This document shows, piece by piece, positions 1 to 13,857 of a stretch of 64,000 nucleotides of DNA. The stretch's first letter is position 1; each line of letters begins with the position of its first letter. The notes below the pieces were generated by a model, which was not told the DNA's origin, ran no database searches, and saw nothing but the letters and a program-made list of their open reading frames with translations. The position numbers were made by a program, and so were the translations under genes. This DNA is from Podarcis filfolensis (taxonomy: Eukaryota): assembly GCA_964270895.1 (NCBI GenBank), contig OZ185436.1; one strand, written 5' to 3'.

Positions 1-2408
1 GGATGCAGAATAAACAGTTGCCTCCTAAAATTGCAAACCTAATTAATAAGTAAAATGCTCCTTTCCGATAGCAGATAAATCACATTTCAAAGATGGAGCT
101 ACTGAATTCCAGGGACGGGAGTTGTTTCAGTTTGAAAATGAGGACACCTTCTGACTCTCAAGGAGTGAGCAGACACAAAACGAAGGTACATACAACATCT
201 CCTCCAAACAGTGCTGGATGTCTTGGGAAACACCATGGCAGCAACACAGGAACCTTTGCCTTGAATTGGACTGGAAATACCTGGTAACAACCTGGGCGAC
301 GTGGTAGTAACTAACAGCATCTGGGTCTTCTTCTGCAGTTTGCTAACCAGGAGAAGCCCAAAGCCAACCAGGTGCATAGAGGAAAGAGGAGGCAGACTTT
401 GGGTTGAACCAAGTAGCAGAGAATAGAAAGCAGAACTCAAGTTGCAGGAATTACCCCTCTCGTAACGCTAACATCAGATTGGAATGAATGATGCTCTGCT
501 CTCCCACTAAGATCATTATTTCCCTGCTCTCTGGAGCAGTCCGTAGCCAAAGCAAGCTATGGAGAAGATCACACATAATCTAACGATTCCTGCACAAAAG
601 TAATAATGTAATTATTAAGTAATAATGAAGGGCATTGGACTAGATGGCACTTGGAGTCCCTTCCAACTCTACAATTCCACAAAACTCATTTCTTATCTGC
701 ACTCTCTCACCCTCTTCTAATTGGCCTAACCAGAACCAAATCCGCTGGTGAAGCTGCTTATCCCAACAGAGGGGAATTACAAGACTGTTGGGAGTTTGGG
801 TCTTCATTGCTACCAAAACAAAAAGAGAAGCTCTGCATTTTGCTGAAGAAATTGGGATGAGGAATAAATAAAATATTCTAAAATGGTGCGTGTACACACT
901 TACACACCTGAAAAAACTAAAGGGGCACCCCACTTATATATAATGTTTCTGTCAGTGCTAAACTGCAGCTCCGTGTTCCTCATCTCTTAGCATGAAGTCT
1001 GACCTCATGATTTCTCTGAATAGACCCAGCGTTGCCATGGTCTGCCAGAAATGGAGACAACACAGAAGAAGCATCTACTCATAGGCTTCCTGCATGACCC
1101 AGACCCTACCAAGTCTGACTGCATCTCTTACTAAGATGCCTTTCCTCTACAACGGAAGAGGGAATACTGAGAGAAGGTTCAAACAGCCACCCCCATTCAC
1201 TGTGCCTATGCAGTGGCAATACGTGGCAGTACCCCTCTGTCTAAATGCCCCATGAGTGGGAAATGTACAGATGAGGGCAGCTGGGGGTGGGCTACTCTGG
1301 GGCGGGTGGGGCAATGAGAACTTTTGAAAGTTGCTAAACTCTGCTTACAAACAGCTAGCCCTGTCTTAATCTATAAAAAGGCAAAACAGGGACTTTTCTC
1401 AAAAGTGTGCCACTTTCCACAAAGTAATTCACCACAAACAGGTGGAAAGATCTCTCTGCAGGGGTTTGCCATGCATGGCCCACCCTCCCTTTTGCAAGTT
1501 CTTTGCCCTCTGGGTACCTTAAACCTTCGGCACCCGCGTAAGCAGCATTCAAAACAAGAGCATCAATTTGGCCTGTGCTAAATGTTATTAAAATAAAATA
1601 TGGCACAGGACAAAGTGTAGGAAGAATCAAAGATAGAGGGGCTCTTCTCTTGGACTCCATGCACCCCCACTTCTATCCCAAGCAAGCAATGCTCCTTTCT
1701 TTTTGTTGAAACAAAAATTAAAAAAAAATATCCTGCAATGTTTTGTTTAAAATTTAGAACCTCCCCACACTCATATATTTTAAATCTTTTTCAAAAACAA
1801 AACAAAAACAAAACCTAGCTTGTGGAAATTGTGCAAATATAGCAGTTAACACTAGAGGAAGAAGGCCAGAGAGTATGGAAGAGAAGGTAGAGAGTGGAGC
1901 TGTCCAGGCAAGGCGGGAAAGGAAGGAAGTACAGGGAGAAGGGGCAGGGAATTATAAGCCTACCAAACCGCCTGCCATGGGGGGAAAAACCATAAGGTAA
2001 AAAGGTTGTCCTAGACGTTAGTGCAGTCCCCAACCTTCCGTCGCCAAATCTGGAGCAGGCCTTGGTGGGAGCCGGAGAAGGGAGGCAGTGGCAGCTGAGC
2101 AGGGATTTGTCTCACTGGCCCTCCTTGCACATCTCCTGGGGTCCTTCAGGTTCTTTGCTACGTCGCTCCTTCCAAAAGGTCTTTAAGATAGGCTCCGTTT
2201 GCTTTTGAGAACGGCGGTCTTACGTTGCTGTTGTTTTGCTGTTCGTTGTGTGTAAAGTGTTCTGAGACGCAGCAGATTCTGTGCATTGTTTGGTGCCAGG
2301 CCCCAATGTATTCCTTGATTGCTTTCTTGCTGCCGCGACTCACTTGCCGCTCTCTCTCTCCCTTAAGAGTCCACTGCCAGGGAAGTCTGCAGCACCATCT
2401 CGACCTTT
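1..2408 (-). other. PLXNA1: 3' UTR of PLXNA1 (probably continues past the window edge)
   Basis: Lies directly downstream of the TGA at 2409-2411. I found no minus-strand AATAAA or ATTAAA by eye in this interval. The extent is inferred. Confidence 0.6.
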
Positions 2409-2702
<294 letters not shown>

Positions 2703-3084
2703 CTAAAAATGGCAGCTACTCAACAGTGCTTCAGCAAGTGTGTTGCCCCATTCTAGCGGCTGAGCAAGGAGGAGCAATCACCATACTGCCAGGGCTGCAG
2801 CCTGCCACACACTATCCCCAATCATCCTGCAACAGGGTTGCAGCTGTCTAGCTTGGCTAGTGAGCTGAAGTGGCTGTATTTTCCTCCCGCTCCCATGTGA
2901 GTGTGTGAGAAAGAGACAAAAGAGTCAGAGGGCACATTGAAGGCAATGCTTAATTGCCCATCTATCTTCCTTCCAGGAAGCATATATGGAGTCTGGCTAG
3001 CAGCAGATCTACAAAAACCTTTGCAGATCTGCTAGGACTCCTCACACACATCCGGCAACTAGAGCAAGGGATAATGACAGGTGG

Positions 3085-3150
3085 CCGAATACTTCCCCCT
3101 GCAGAAACCTGGTAGTCCAGTAATATCTGGAGGGCCACAGGTTGCTCAGC
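3085..3150. mobile_element. Half copy of a palindromic hAT-type MITE
   Basis: gtagtccagtaatatctggagggccacaggttg resembles the inverted arm of the family at 50793 and 56420. Confidence 0.45.
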
Positions 3151-5506
3151 CCTTCTTAATTCAGAGAACAGGAGAACTCTCCCGCAATGGCATGATCTGG
3201 GACTTTTCTGATGGTCCTGGGGACAAGGAAACACTGAGGACATTTATGAAATTGGCATCTTTAATTATGGAATAATTAAACCTAGTCCACTTTCTAGTTC
3301 TGTTCTCACAATCAGATGAGAATCACTAGATCACTCTTTGGATGTAATCCAGGAAATCTTGAAAAACTCTGCATCTTCAGGCACACAGACTATATGAACT
3401 GAGAGATAATCAGGGATGTTGTGAACAGGGGTTTGGATTCTGAGGGGGGGAGGATGGGATTTAGCAGGAAAGCAGCTAGTGAAAGGGGCTGAGATAGTGA
3501 GGGAATGGTGGGATTTTTCTACAAAAAGGAGAGAGAGGTGCCCATCATCAGGAGTCCATTGAACCAAGTCCCACGCCCTTTAAATTGCGCTGCCAGATAA
3601 AGAACAGATGATTAAAATGCAAACCCATCAGAAATCCCATTATAGTGGCTAAGTTTGTTGTGAGTGCAAGGTGGATTTCTCTTTCCAATTAAATGTCAAA
3701 GCATCCATCAAAGGGGACTTGATTAACCATTTCATTGGCTGCATAATTGGAAATAAACTCTTGTATAATTAATAGACTGACTATTAGAAGGCAGGAAAGG
3801 TCCATCACAAGCCCTACAGGTAATTCCTTAATATGGAAATCAGCTCCTTTTGATTAAGAGCAGCTGTGGCGCCCTACAGGTCTCCAGCGCTAAACGTGCA
3901 GAACGTGCTGTGGAGAGTACACAGCGCTGCAGCTCAGGACCTTGCGGATGATGAAACACTTAAAAGCTCAGTGCAGTTTCTATAAAGGTGATTTGCCACA
4001 TAGTTAGCGAATGAATGAAGAATCCTAAGAGTTGGAAAAGAGGGTAAAGCAGCTCAACTTCATTCCCTAGGGGAGGATAACTACTGTTAGCTTCCTCCTC
4101 AGTACAAAAACTGAGCCTGCTGCAATTCTGCATGGGGATAACCAAGACCTGCATTGGCACATATGGAAGGACCCCCAATACTCCATCCAAAGCGCAGAAA
4201 ACGCCAATCACAGTGATTTCTAGGTGGCCAAGCTCCGAATGCAAATGACACGTTAATCTGGCAGAAATAAAAACGATGAAATTATTAAGGGTACTGGAGC
4301 TATTGAGTGACTAGGAACAGGAGTTCTATTCATGGTTCGTGAATCCCTTTCTCTCTTGATTCAAGAAAGACTCACTACATTCTGAAAGATTTACAACCTG
4401 TTTTGTATTTGTTTGATCTTCTATTATTGTGTTGCCCTTCTGGGAGCAGCATAGTAAAGAGGAAAACTACAGGGAGCATAAGAAGAGAGCGGGAGATGCA
4501 TGTCTGTCACCTGTTTTAAGGAGCTGGGACCACCGTGATTAGGAAGATGCAAAAACCCAAATGAAAATTAATTATGATTTTCATTCAGTGCCAATGACAG
4601 CATATTATAGCACTGAACAACAGGAAAAATTATTCTCTCCCATTTCACATCAAAGAGGGTGCAATCGGGCTGCATGTAATTGTGTTTAATGAATGAAAAC
4701 AAACAAAGGGAACAGCTGCTATTTATTAATCCCATTACAAATAATAAAAGAAGTTCCTGGGAGCTGTGAACACACAAGCAGTGCTTTTAGAGCGGGCTAT
4801 GGATGCACATCCAGCAGATGCCAGGCAGCGGTTAACCGGGAAAGACAAGGAATGGCAACTCACCCTGCATTCAGCTCATTAAGATCACGCTTTCCAAACA
4901 CGTAGTGCTTGCCTTGTTATTGATTTCTGCTTTTAAGGCCTTACTTATTTGTAATACTAATGAAAGGGAATGTTGGGAGCTGGAGACCAGCCCCAGGGCA
5001 GGCAGTTGCTATGAAAATGTCTCTAGGAACAGCTGGGGGGGGGTCACCTCTGGTTTCAGCTTTGTGGTGAATTTTGGTCTAAGGCAGATGGCTAGGATCT
5101 TGCTAAGAAGCCCTGCAACTGTGCAGGCTGCTAAGGCACTGCTAGTGTTAGCTATTTCCTCGTATGGGGACCATCCTTATTGCCTAGAAGTAGATACTCG
5201 TGCCTACTCATACAGGAAAGACCTGCTGCAGGGATTCTTGGCTTACACAGGGAGGTCTGGGCCTGAGGCCACAGCAACTTTTCAAATTTAAATCAAGGTA
5301 TTGTAAAATAAAAAGTTGCTTACAGTTTAATATGCAAAGGGGGGAAAAGCAATAACGAGACTCTGTGTGTCATTTCATATACACACAGCTCTCCTGTTGG
5401 CGGACAACTGGAAAGGGAAAGGGTCTGCCAGTCTCCTTCTTGAGCAGATCTGTTACGAAGCACCTTTTGCTATCTCAGCAAATGTGCTCCATAGTTTTGA
5501 AGCCCT

Positions 5507-5640
5507 TAGAATCATAGAACTGCGGAGTTGGAAGAGACCCCCTGAGGGTCATATAGGCCCATCACTCAACGCAGGAATCTCAAGCATCCATGACAGATGG
5601 CCATCCAACTTCTGCTGAAAGCAGCTTGCAAAAGAGGGAG
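5507..5640 (-). mobile_element. CR1 LINE 3'-end fragment
   Basis: agaatcatagaa (reverse complement of the CR1 ATTCT tail repeat) followed by gttggaagagacc...gcaggaatc...agcatccatgacag; similar to the copy at 32558. Confidence 0.65.
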
Positions 5641-6782
5641 CTGGGCTGAAGGGCAGAACACCAGCACAACATCCCATCTTGGCATGAACTCTGCAATGGA
5701 AATGTAGAGAATATCCAAAGCAACCCTAAGTCTCTGCTCATGAAACATGTATGTATCTTCTGCACCAGGCAGGTTGCCACACGTGGATCTTGTGTATGAA
5801 GGAACAACCACAACTACATGATTGTTCAGTTTTCGCTGACAGGCAGCATTTAGTCCAGCTGCCCAGCACTAATCTGCTGTCACTCAGAAATAATGCTTTG
5901 TCAATTTCCTTAGTGTGCAAACAACTACTTCATGGCTTGAGACAGACAAGACAACTGATATGGGTGTTTATGCCTGTTCTACTGAGCTGCAGTAACTCGA
6001 GCCTCAACCTGCTTTCCAAATGCCTGGCACCCTATCTAATTCTTCATTAATGCAGTCTGTTAGATCCACCTCTGTGTGTTGCAACCTTTGCCCCTTCCCA
6101 CGATAACTCCCTCTCTCCCCACCTTCTATCCACTTATGAACGTAAGAAACTGTGGGGCCACTCACCAGCTCTTGGAAGAACCTCCTTGCCCAGAGTAGTT
6201 TGGCAAACTCTTGTACAAAGGCTTTTATTGCTTTACACAAGCCACTATTTCCCCCCCCCCACTCCCCCAGGTCTCATTGTCGTTCAGCCGGGCAATAAAA
6301 TCCATGTGATCCTATTACATATATTTTTATTAGTGTTATATATTTTATTGCTTTAATAAAGGATTGCAGAGAATGTGTTCACAGAAAAGTACTTTATGGA
6401 GTTTATACCAATTACAGCAGATGGGCTTTTAACCACTCCTTAAAACTTAAGAGGCTGGCTGAAGTGACTTCATGGCAAACATGCCCCCCCCCCCACTCTT
6501 GGGATTGCAAATTAGGATACTATTGGAGACTACCCAGCATAGGGATAACTGAAAACAGTCAAGTGACATGCTAAGAGAGTGTTTTCCTCTGCTGTACTTC
6601 TGCATGTTCCTGTAGTTTAAGTTGGTGATTGAATGGCAAAGGGCAAGCGGGATTTTCTCTCTTTTCTTTTGTTACTTTATTTGTTTATTTAATTAATTAA
6701 TTATATGCTTTCCCACTGTGTGATTTAGTCCTCTCTTTTGTATTTACCTGCTATATATTTGCTAACACTGTTGTGATTCTTA

Positions 6783-6783
<1 letters not shown>

Positions 6784-6822
<39 letters not shown>
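6784..6822. repeat. (ATT)13 microsatellite
   Basis: Read directly. Confidence 0.95.
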
Positions 6823-6823
<1 letters not shown>

Positions 6824-7273
6824 CTTTCCTGGTTGGGCGGGGGGAAATGAAGGTTAAAGTTGGCCTGTTTGTTTGTTTACCTTGAGCAGTTTGGACAGTT
6901 GCACGGGGGAAGGGGGGAGGAATGGGGGAGAAAGGTGGAAACATGAGTATATAATAGCCTGCTGGATCCTGACAGGAACACCTGAGGACAAAGCTGCACA
7001 TCACAAGAGAAGCACAGTGTTCCCACCTTGGAGCACTAACACAGGGGGTTAAGGGGCTTCAATGGAGGAAAAGGAGTGGGCTGGAGTGTGGAGGTTTATC
7101 CGTATTCCAGCCAGAGTTATCCCTTTCATGTACTCCACCGCCAGTCAGCTTTTAACTCCCCCCCCCCCCGCCAAAAAAAAAAATCTGAGCTCCAAAATAA
7201 ATAAGCAAGTCTAGTTTGCAGGGCAGAGAGGCCTCAGAAGAGGTTGGTGGATATACAGGGCAGACCAGCCTTA

Positions 7274-7513
<240 letters not shown>

Positions 7514-7665
7514 TCAGAAGGAAAACCTTTTCTGAAGACAAATCTAGGGACATCCAGAAGGAGAACAAGTGATTTGTTGTAACAAAGCAAAATACTAAAC
7601 TGAAGCAACTGAGTACAGTATACTATGCGAAGCAAATTAAACAGTTTTCTACTCCTGTGGCAAAT

Positions 7666-7785
7666 GAATCATAGAATCTCAGAATTGTAGAGCTGCAAGA
7701 GACCACGAGGGTCATCTAGTCCAACCCCCTGCAGTGCAGGAATCTTTTGCCCAACATGGGGCTCGAGAATAAGAGTCTCATGCTC
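7666..7785 (-). mobile_element. tRNA-Lys-headed SINE with a CR1-type tail (internally deleted)
   Basis: gcccaacatggggctcgag...taagagtctcatgctc is the reverse complement of part of tRNA-Lys(CTT). It is joined to the CR1-like tail gaatcatagaat...ggtcatctagtccaaccccctgc. Confidence 0.7.
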
Positions 7786-8169
7786 CTTTGGATTTCCTAT
7801 TGCACAGCCACACTGTGACAACAGGGCTCCTTATGGAGGAAATTCAATCCATCCATCAATAAACTGAAAGCAGACCCCTACTGGAGTACAGAAAACCTTT
7901 GTGTAACTTCAACCACAATAGGTTGGTTAGTTGAGAAGTTCATGGTGATCAGTTGAGTTTGTGGCAAATTAGGAAGTGTTAGGAGCATGTAAAATGGGTA
8001 TTTGGAGGGATCAGAGGAATGCCCAGACCTTGTAAGCATCAAAGACAGATATAGAGTGAATATTCAGTCAGCAGCAGACAACTGGGAAAGATACACAAGG
8101 CTGTCCAAAGACAAGCCATTGCCAATGCCACCATAACAGCATAATAGAGAATCCACAATGATACCTTAG

Positions 8170-8330
8170 TGAGAACTAGTGTGGTGTAATGGATAGACTT
8201 CTAGATTAGGACCAGAAAGACCAGGTTTCAGTTACTCAGCCCTGGCCAGCTCTCTCCCTCTTTCTCAGCCGTATAATCACTTCATTTTAAAAAAAGATTT
8301 GTGCAGCACCTTTTAAGGTCCACTCAATGG
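8170..8330 (+). mobile_element. Degenerate tRNA-derived SINE
   Basis: A-box-like tgtggtgtaatggatag and B-box-like ggtttcagttac; similar heads occur at 35388/36784, 49445-49655 and 61310-61495. Confidence 0.5.
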
Positions 8331-8339
8331 AACATGCAA

Positions 8340-8660
8340 GTTAAAATGCAATGCAATCACAATATTAAAAATCAGCAGGAATGAAAAAAACACCTCTCCA
8401 GCGAAATCCAATACCAAGTGCAATCCAGAACCATCAGGAATACTATGAAACAGCTATAGCAAACAACACAAGCAAAAGCCAGTGAAAACAAATAGGTCTT
8501 TAAGGCTTTCTTTAAACACCTGTAACAATGAGGGCCAATGGACACCTGCCAGCTACCACAAAAAAGGCCCTTTCCCTTGAGCCTGCCAACACAAGAGCTC
8601 TCAGAGACGGGCAAGTCAGATGTCTCACCACTGACAATCTTAATGTGTGGGTGGATTAGT
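8340..8660 (-). mobile_element. Old L2 LINE 3' fragment
   Basis: Resembles the reverse strand of squamate L2 3' regions (ggtctttaaggctttctttaaa...aaaaggccctttcc...gacaatcttaatg). Recognised from memory only. Confidence 0.45.
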
Positions 8661-9633
8661 GTTTCACAGGACTGTTTTGAAGTTTAAAAAGGTAGAGGAA
8701 GGAAGAACCATTCATGCTGTCCTGAGTCCATGGAAGGAGAACACAATAAAAAATGAAATTTTTCATCAGTTGAGGGGAATCAAGTTAGGCCAATCAGGAG
8801 TCCTAATGTGGCCCACAAGGCTATTTCCCTCAAACCATAGCCACCTCCCACACACCTGACACGGCTGCAAAGGAACAATCAGGAACCGTAAAGTGTGCTT
8901 CTGAATGTTCCTTGGCAAGTAAGGCTTGCTGTCAGCACTTATCAGAGGCAACAGCAAATCCTCCAGGGATCAGTTGCACTACTCTGCAGTGCAGCCAATC
9001 ATTGCTTTTGGCAGGCATCTTCCTTTGCTGCTTTGCTTCAGATCAAGCTAGGCCGAGAAGGGAGAAAGGAAAGAATCAGCAGCACACTTAGACTGCACGC
9101 CTGGGTCTTTCCTCTGACGTACATTTAGCTGATGTCATGGTGATGTCAGGTAACTGACAGGCTGACACCCTTACCCATCTGTCAAAATGGCCTGAGGGGG
9201 ATAGGGGAGCTCAGGATCCAGCCCATCAACCAGATATGTCCCCCACTCCCCCAGATATAATCATCTATGCTTGATGCATATACCCTTGGGAACATGGAGG
9301 CAACATGGATATAAACTGAGGGGAGGGATATTTGTTGATGCAGTTCTTGGCAGTAACAGCTGGTAGTGAAGCAGCTGCTTGCTATGGAGGGCTCTATGCA
9401 ATTCCAAAAAACTCTGTTGGGCTTTGCTCTGTTGTTGCAGACAGAAATTGAACAGCACACCTGTGATGGGCGCTTCTCTGAGGTGCGCTCTATGGAGCAG
9501 GTGAGCAGTGGAGGGGGGAAATTTCTGGTGTATGTACCTTTAAAAATATTTTTTTATTATATTTATTGGAAATTTGACCCAATGGCTCTCACTTTGATAC
9601 AGAGGCACAGAAGAGAAAGGGGACCACTGTGCA

Positions 9634-9770
9634 CAGTGGCGTAGCGTGGGGGGTGCAGGGGGGCCGGCCGCACCGGGCGCAACATCTGGTTAGGGGGCGC
9701 AAATCCACGGGTTAGGGGGCGCAAATTACTTGCCTTGCCCCGGGTGCTGACAACCCACGCTACGCCACTG
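9634..9770. mobile_element. hAT-type MITE, young
   Basis: Perfect 17-bp TIRs (cagtggcgtagcgtggg). 8-bp flanks actgtgca/actgagca match at 7/8. Internal direct repeat ggttagggggcgcaaat x2. Confidence 0.88.
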
Positions 9771-11346
9771 ACTGAGCATGATGGCAGTCAAAACTTTCTG
9801 TCTATGTATTTGTCACACAGCGGTATAAATAAGTAGAAATAATTCTGAATGCAATGTCAATCAGAAATATGAAGCATTAATATAGATTGAATTAAAAGCT
9901 GTAGCGCAGCTGGGATAATGGAAGAACATCGTTGCATCCTCAAGAAACCAAGAAAAGTGGAGCAATGCTGTGTCAGGCATCTGGTCAGGAGCAAATGGCA
10001 ACATACTGCCTCTGGCAGGTGAAGATCAAAGGCCTCCCCTATCCTTTGGCCACAATCTCTGCCAAGGGATGATGTTAAGATGCTTACAAGGGCACTTTCC
10101 TACCCAAAACCACAGATACATTTGGAGTGCAAAGGAGGCAGACATCTGGAGACACCAGTGACAAGGATTTCCCCTCATCTTCTCAAAGTGGCCGTGGGGT
10201 TCACTGCTTCAAGCAGAAGACTCCTGGTTGTGCTGGACCCTTCCTTGCAGCTGCTGAGGGTGCTTAATTCAATGCATCATACCTGTAAGCTTCCTTTTCA
10301 TCTTTCTTAAGCTAAGACATCTTCCATCCATCCACATCACAACTGGCCCAGAAATATGAAGTCACTACACTCCTCAGGTCCCCAGGAAACGTATAAACAA
10401 ATTGACAACTCCACACTACTACCCCAAATCCTGAAATCTAGACATGCTGTGAAGAACAACAGGTCTGGGGAAATTAAAATGCTGCTAGAACTTCTTTTTT
10501 AAGTGAAGTGCGGCGTCCAGCAAAAAAGGAGGAAGGAGATTCTTTGAGCAAACCTACTTAACAGTGTCCCGTTCATTTTTTACACATTTTCCATGGGGGC
10601 CTATGAGCTCAAGGAAACTGCTTCTCGTGCTGCAAACAGCCTGTTGGGAAGAACTAAGGCTTCAACCCCATTTTCACAGCATGTTCCTCTGTCAATTTCC
10701 CCCCTCTTTGTCGGCTAGGATGGAAAAATGTCATGGTTTCGCTTGGTATATCAATATGGTGGTAATGGTAGCAACAGATAGGTCTTTCACAGAATTGAGC
10801 TACCTCCAGTGAATTCCACTCTTTCTTCTTGTGTAACTCATTTTCAGTAGGAAAACTTTTTGTGGGGTGGGGAAAATAATTTGTTAACAAGACAAACATG
10901 CCTGGAAAAGTGAACCAGAACCTTCTTGGTAAAATCCAAAACCTGCCTTCATCTTACCCAATATGACATGCTTGCACTTTTAACAAAATTCATTAAGATT
11001 GCAAGCTCCTTTGGCTATAGATTTTGCTCTGCTCCTTTCCCTACAAATCACACTGGCAGCAGTTTCATTACAAATGGCTGCCTCCATTATTCCCCCATTC
11101 CCCCAATGTGCTTTATTTATTAGTCATTGGGGACTGAGAGCAATTGTCCTCGCTTTGAAAAACCAACCAACCTGTCTTTTCCAATTGGCTAGGAAGATTT
11201 CTTCACCCTCCAGTCCTGGGAGGTTCTTTCATACACATGTGCAGGTTTGCCCGGCTCTCCAGCCATTCAGAGCACACATTACAAAAGCAACTCTTCTTAC
11301 ACAGCTGCATCTTGCAAGGCCACCTCCCCATGGTTGAAGCCACTCA

Positions 11347-11586
<240 letters not shown>

Positions 11587-13011
11587 TCAGGCTGGGGAAA
11601 CACATTATTTGGTAACTAAAAACAGGACCCTGGCTGGCAATAAGGGCAGATATTCTCTCTTAATCTCCATAGATGGTAGTGATTTGGAAATGTGGTTTGC
11701 TAGCTCTTCTGCCCCTTTCTGCCACTTGCTCCAGACCATCCCAACCCAGAATTCATGTTTCGCTTGACTGGGTCTTCAAAATCCATGCTGTACAGCTGAG
11801 TGACTCCTATTTCCTTTCCCCTGAAATTCACAGCTGCTGGGGAAGCTCAAGCAATCTCTCTCTGAGAGAGAACCAAGTTTCAGACCCCTGCCGACACACT
11901 GAGATTTCTGGGGATACCCCCTTCTCATAATTCCTCACAGCTTCTGAGCCTAGTTCTAGCTAGGAGAGATTCCTACACATAGAAACCTACCATGTAAGGG
12001 AGAAGGCTAATCCAAATTCATTCTCCCTGGCATGTCATTTTTTATATGGAATGGTTTTTGTGTGTCCATGGAGGAGTATTCCATGATCTGGACCCTCAGC
12101 TGCAGTCTGAAGTGGTATAGCGCAGGCACACAGGCACACCACCTCAGGCACAGGTTCCCATGAATACATTTGACTCAAACACCAAATGCTTGGCTCCATA
12201 GTATTCTTATCATGTGAGTGCTGGGCACACATACACATTTTAATTTCAGGAAATGATCTCAAGAAATGAACTCTGCACATTGAATTATCACCCTGGAATA
12301 AGCATGGCCATTAGTATGCAGGGGCCTGCCTCCCTGGACTCTGTTGAATTGGAAACCAGGCATCATTGGGATTCTTCCCTCTCTCCCTCCTCTCCCCTCC
12401 CAACACACCGACTCTTCCATTATTACAGAAAGCATAGCGATAAATCAGTTCCAAGCGTTTCCATGCTCTCATATCGCCATTTAAAAATGTTTCTTTTTCA
12501 GCCCGGCTAATTACTGACAGTTACTGAACTATACAAAAGCAATTTGGACTTCCATTTAACAAATGCCAGAGATGAGAGTGTATGTTCTTGTCCCCTGAAA
12601 TGGTTAAGAGGATCTGAGAGATGAAATCTGCAGAAGGGAAGAACGCGGTGGGGAGACATGAAACCTTGCATGTAGCAGAGGGCTTGTCGCATCTCACCAC
12701 TCGCTGAGCACCCAAATCCCCCTGTGCTCTAGTATAAATGGATAGGAAGACGGAATTTGGCTCTCTGGTGCTATGCATGCTGCTGGTGCTAACTTTCCTA
12801 CCGTATTCTTAACTAATTATGATGGTGAAGTTTGCTCCAATCTTTAGCTATGATGGTTATATAAACTTACATTCAATTTGCACTGGTCCAGGGCAGTGTG
12901 CCCAACTCCCTTGCACTGGCTCTGATAGGCCAGCAGAAAGTGATCTAGCAGAAACTGTTTGAATGCATACTGGAGGCTTCACCTACCCTAGGAAAAAGTG
13001 GGATTTAAGTA

Positions 13012-13230
13012 CAGTGGTACCTCGGGTTACGTATCCCTCTGGATACGTAATCTTCAGGTTGCAAACCCGGTAAACCCGGAAGTGTATACTTGCAGGCTTC
13101 GCTGTGTGCGTGCACAGAAGCACTCAATCGCACCATATGTGTGCGTAGAAGGGCGCTTCCATTTTACGGACTTTTCAGGATACTGCCAGACCTCCGGAAT
13201 GGATCCCATCCGTAACCAGAGGTACCACTG
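13012..13230. mobile_element. Tc1/mariner (Tigger/pogo-like) MITE
   Basis: TIRs cagtggtacctc.ggttac / gtaacc.gaggtaccactg; TA on both sides. Confidence 0.88.
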
Positions 13231-13494
13231 TACATTCATTTTCCACCTTTGGGAACTTGGTTTCCCACACGACTAAAGCGATTTCTACCACTTGATCTCT
13301 TATCTGAGAAAAACTGGGGCAAACCAAGAGTTCCTGTGAGGTTTCCTAGCTCAGCATTGTCTGCACCAAGGTTGGGAATCCTTTCAATCCCAAAAGCCAC
13401 ATTTCCTTGTTGCCCACTCCCCCAAAGGCCACACGCCAGCAATGGACAGGGCCACAAGGTGGGCAGGGCTGAATTAGGCAGGCCCAGAGTTGCA

Positions 13495-13608
13495 TATAGT
13501 ATCTGATTCTACACTGAGTGGCAGGAGCTCTCCAGGGTTGCAGACCACCCCACCTGGAGACTCCCTTCTGCATGCACAGATTGCGTTCTAAAACCGAGCT
13601 GTGGGCCC
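13495..13608 (-). mobile_element. Degenerate tRNA-derived SINE, same family as 30215
   Basis: Shares ctacactga.tggcag..gctctccagggtt...cctggaga...ccttctgcatgca-type sequence with the 30215 copy. Confidence 0.55.
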
Positions 13609-13614
13609 TACTTA

Positions 13615-13857
<243 letters not shown>

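Noticed and set aside
6860-6945. AG|GT recursive-splice-like sites here and near 53591 and 56827
   Set aside because: The host introns are short (under 5 kb), the acceptors are non-optimal (AAG/GAG), and recursive splicing is a feature of very long introns.
7748-7785. tRNA-Lys-like sequence as a tRNA gene
   Set aside because: Incomplete, internally deleted and fused to a LINE-like tail, so it is a SINE head and not a tRNA gene.
9175-9191. 17-nt pseudo-exon (ccccctcag|GCCATTTTGACAGATGG|gtaagg) that would introduce a TGA
   Set aside because: Short pyrimidine tract, no clear branchpoint and no supporting motifs; expected by chance in 60 kb.
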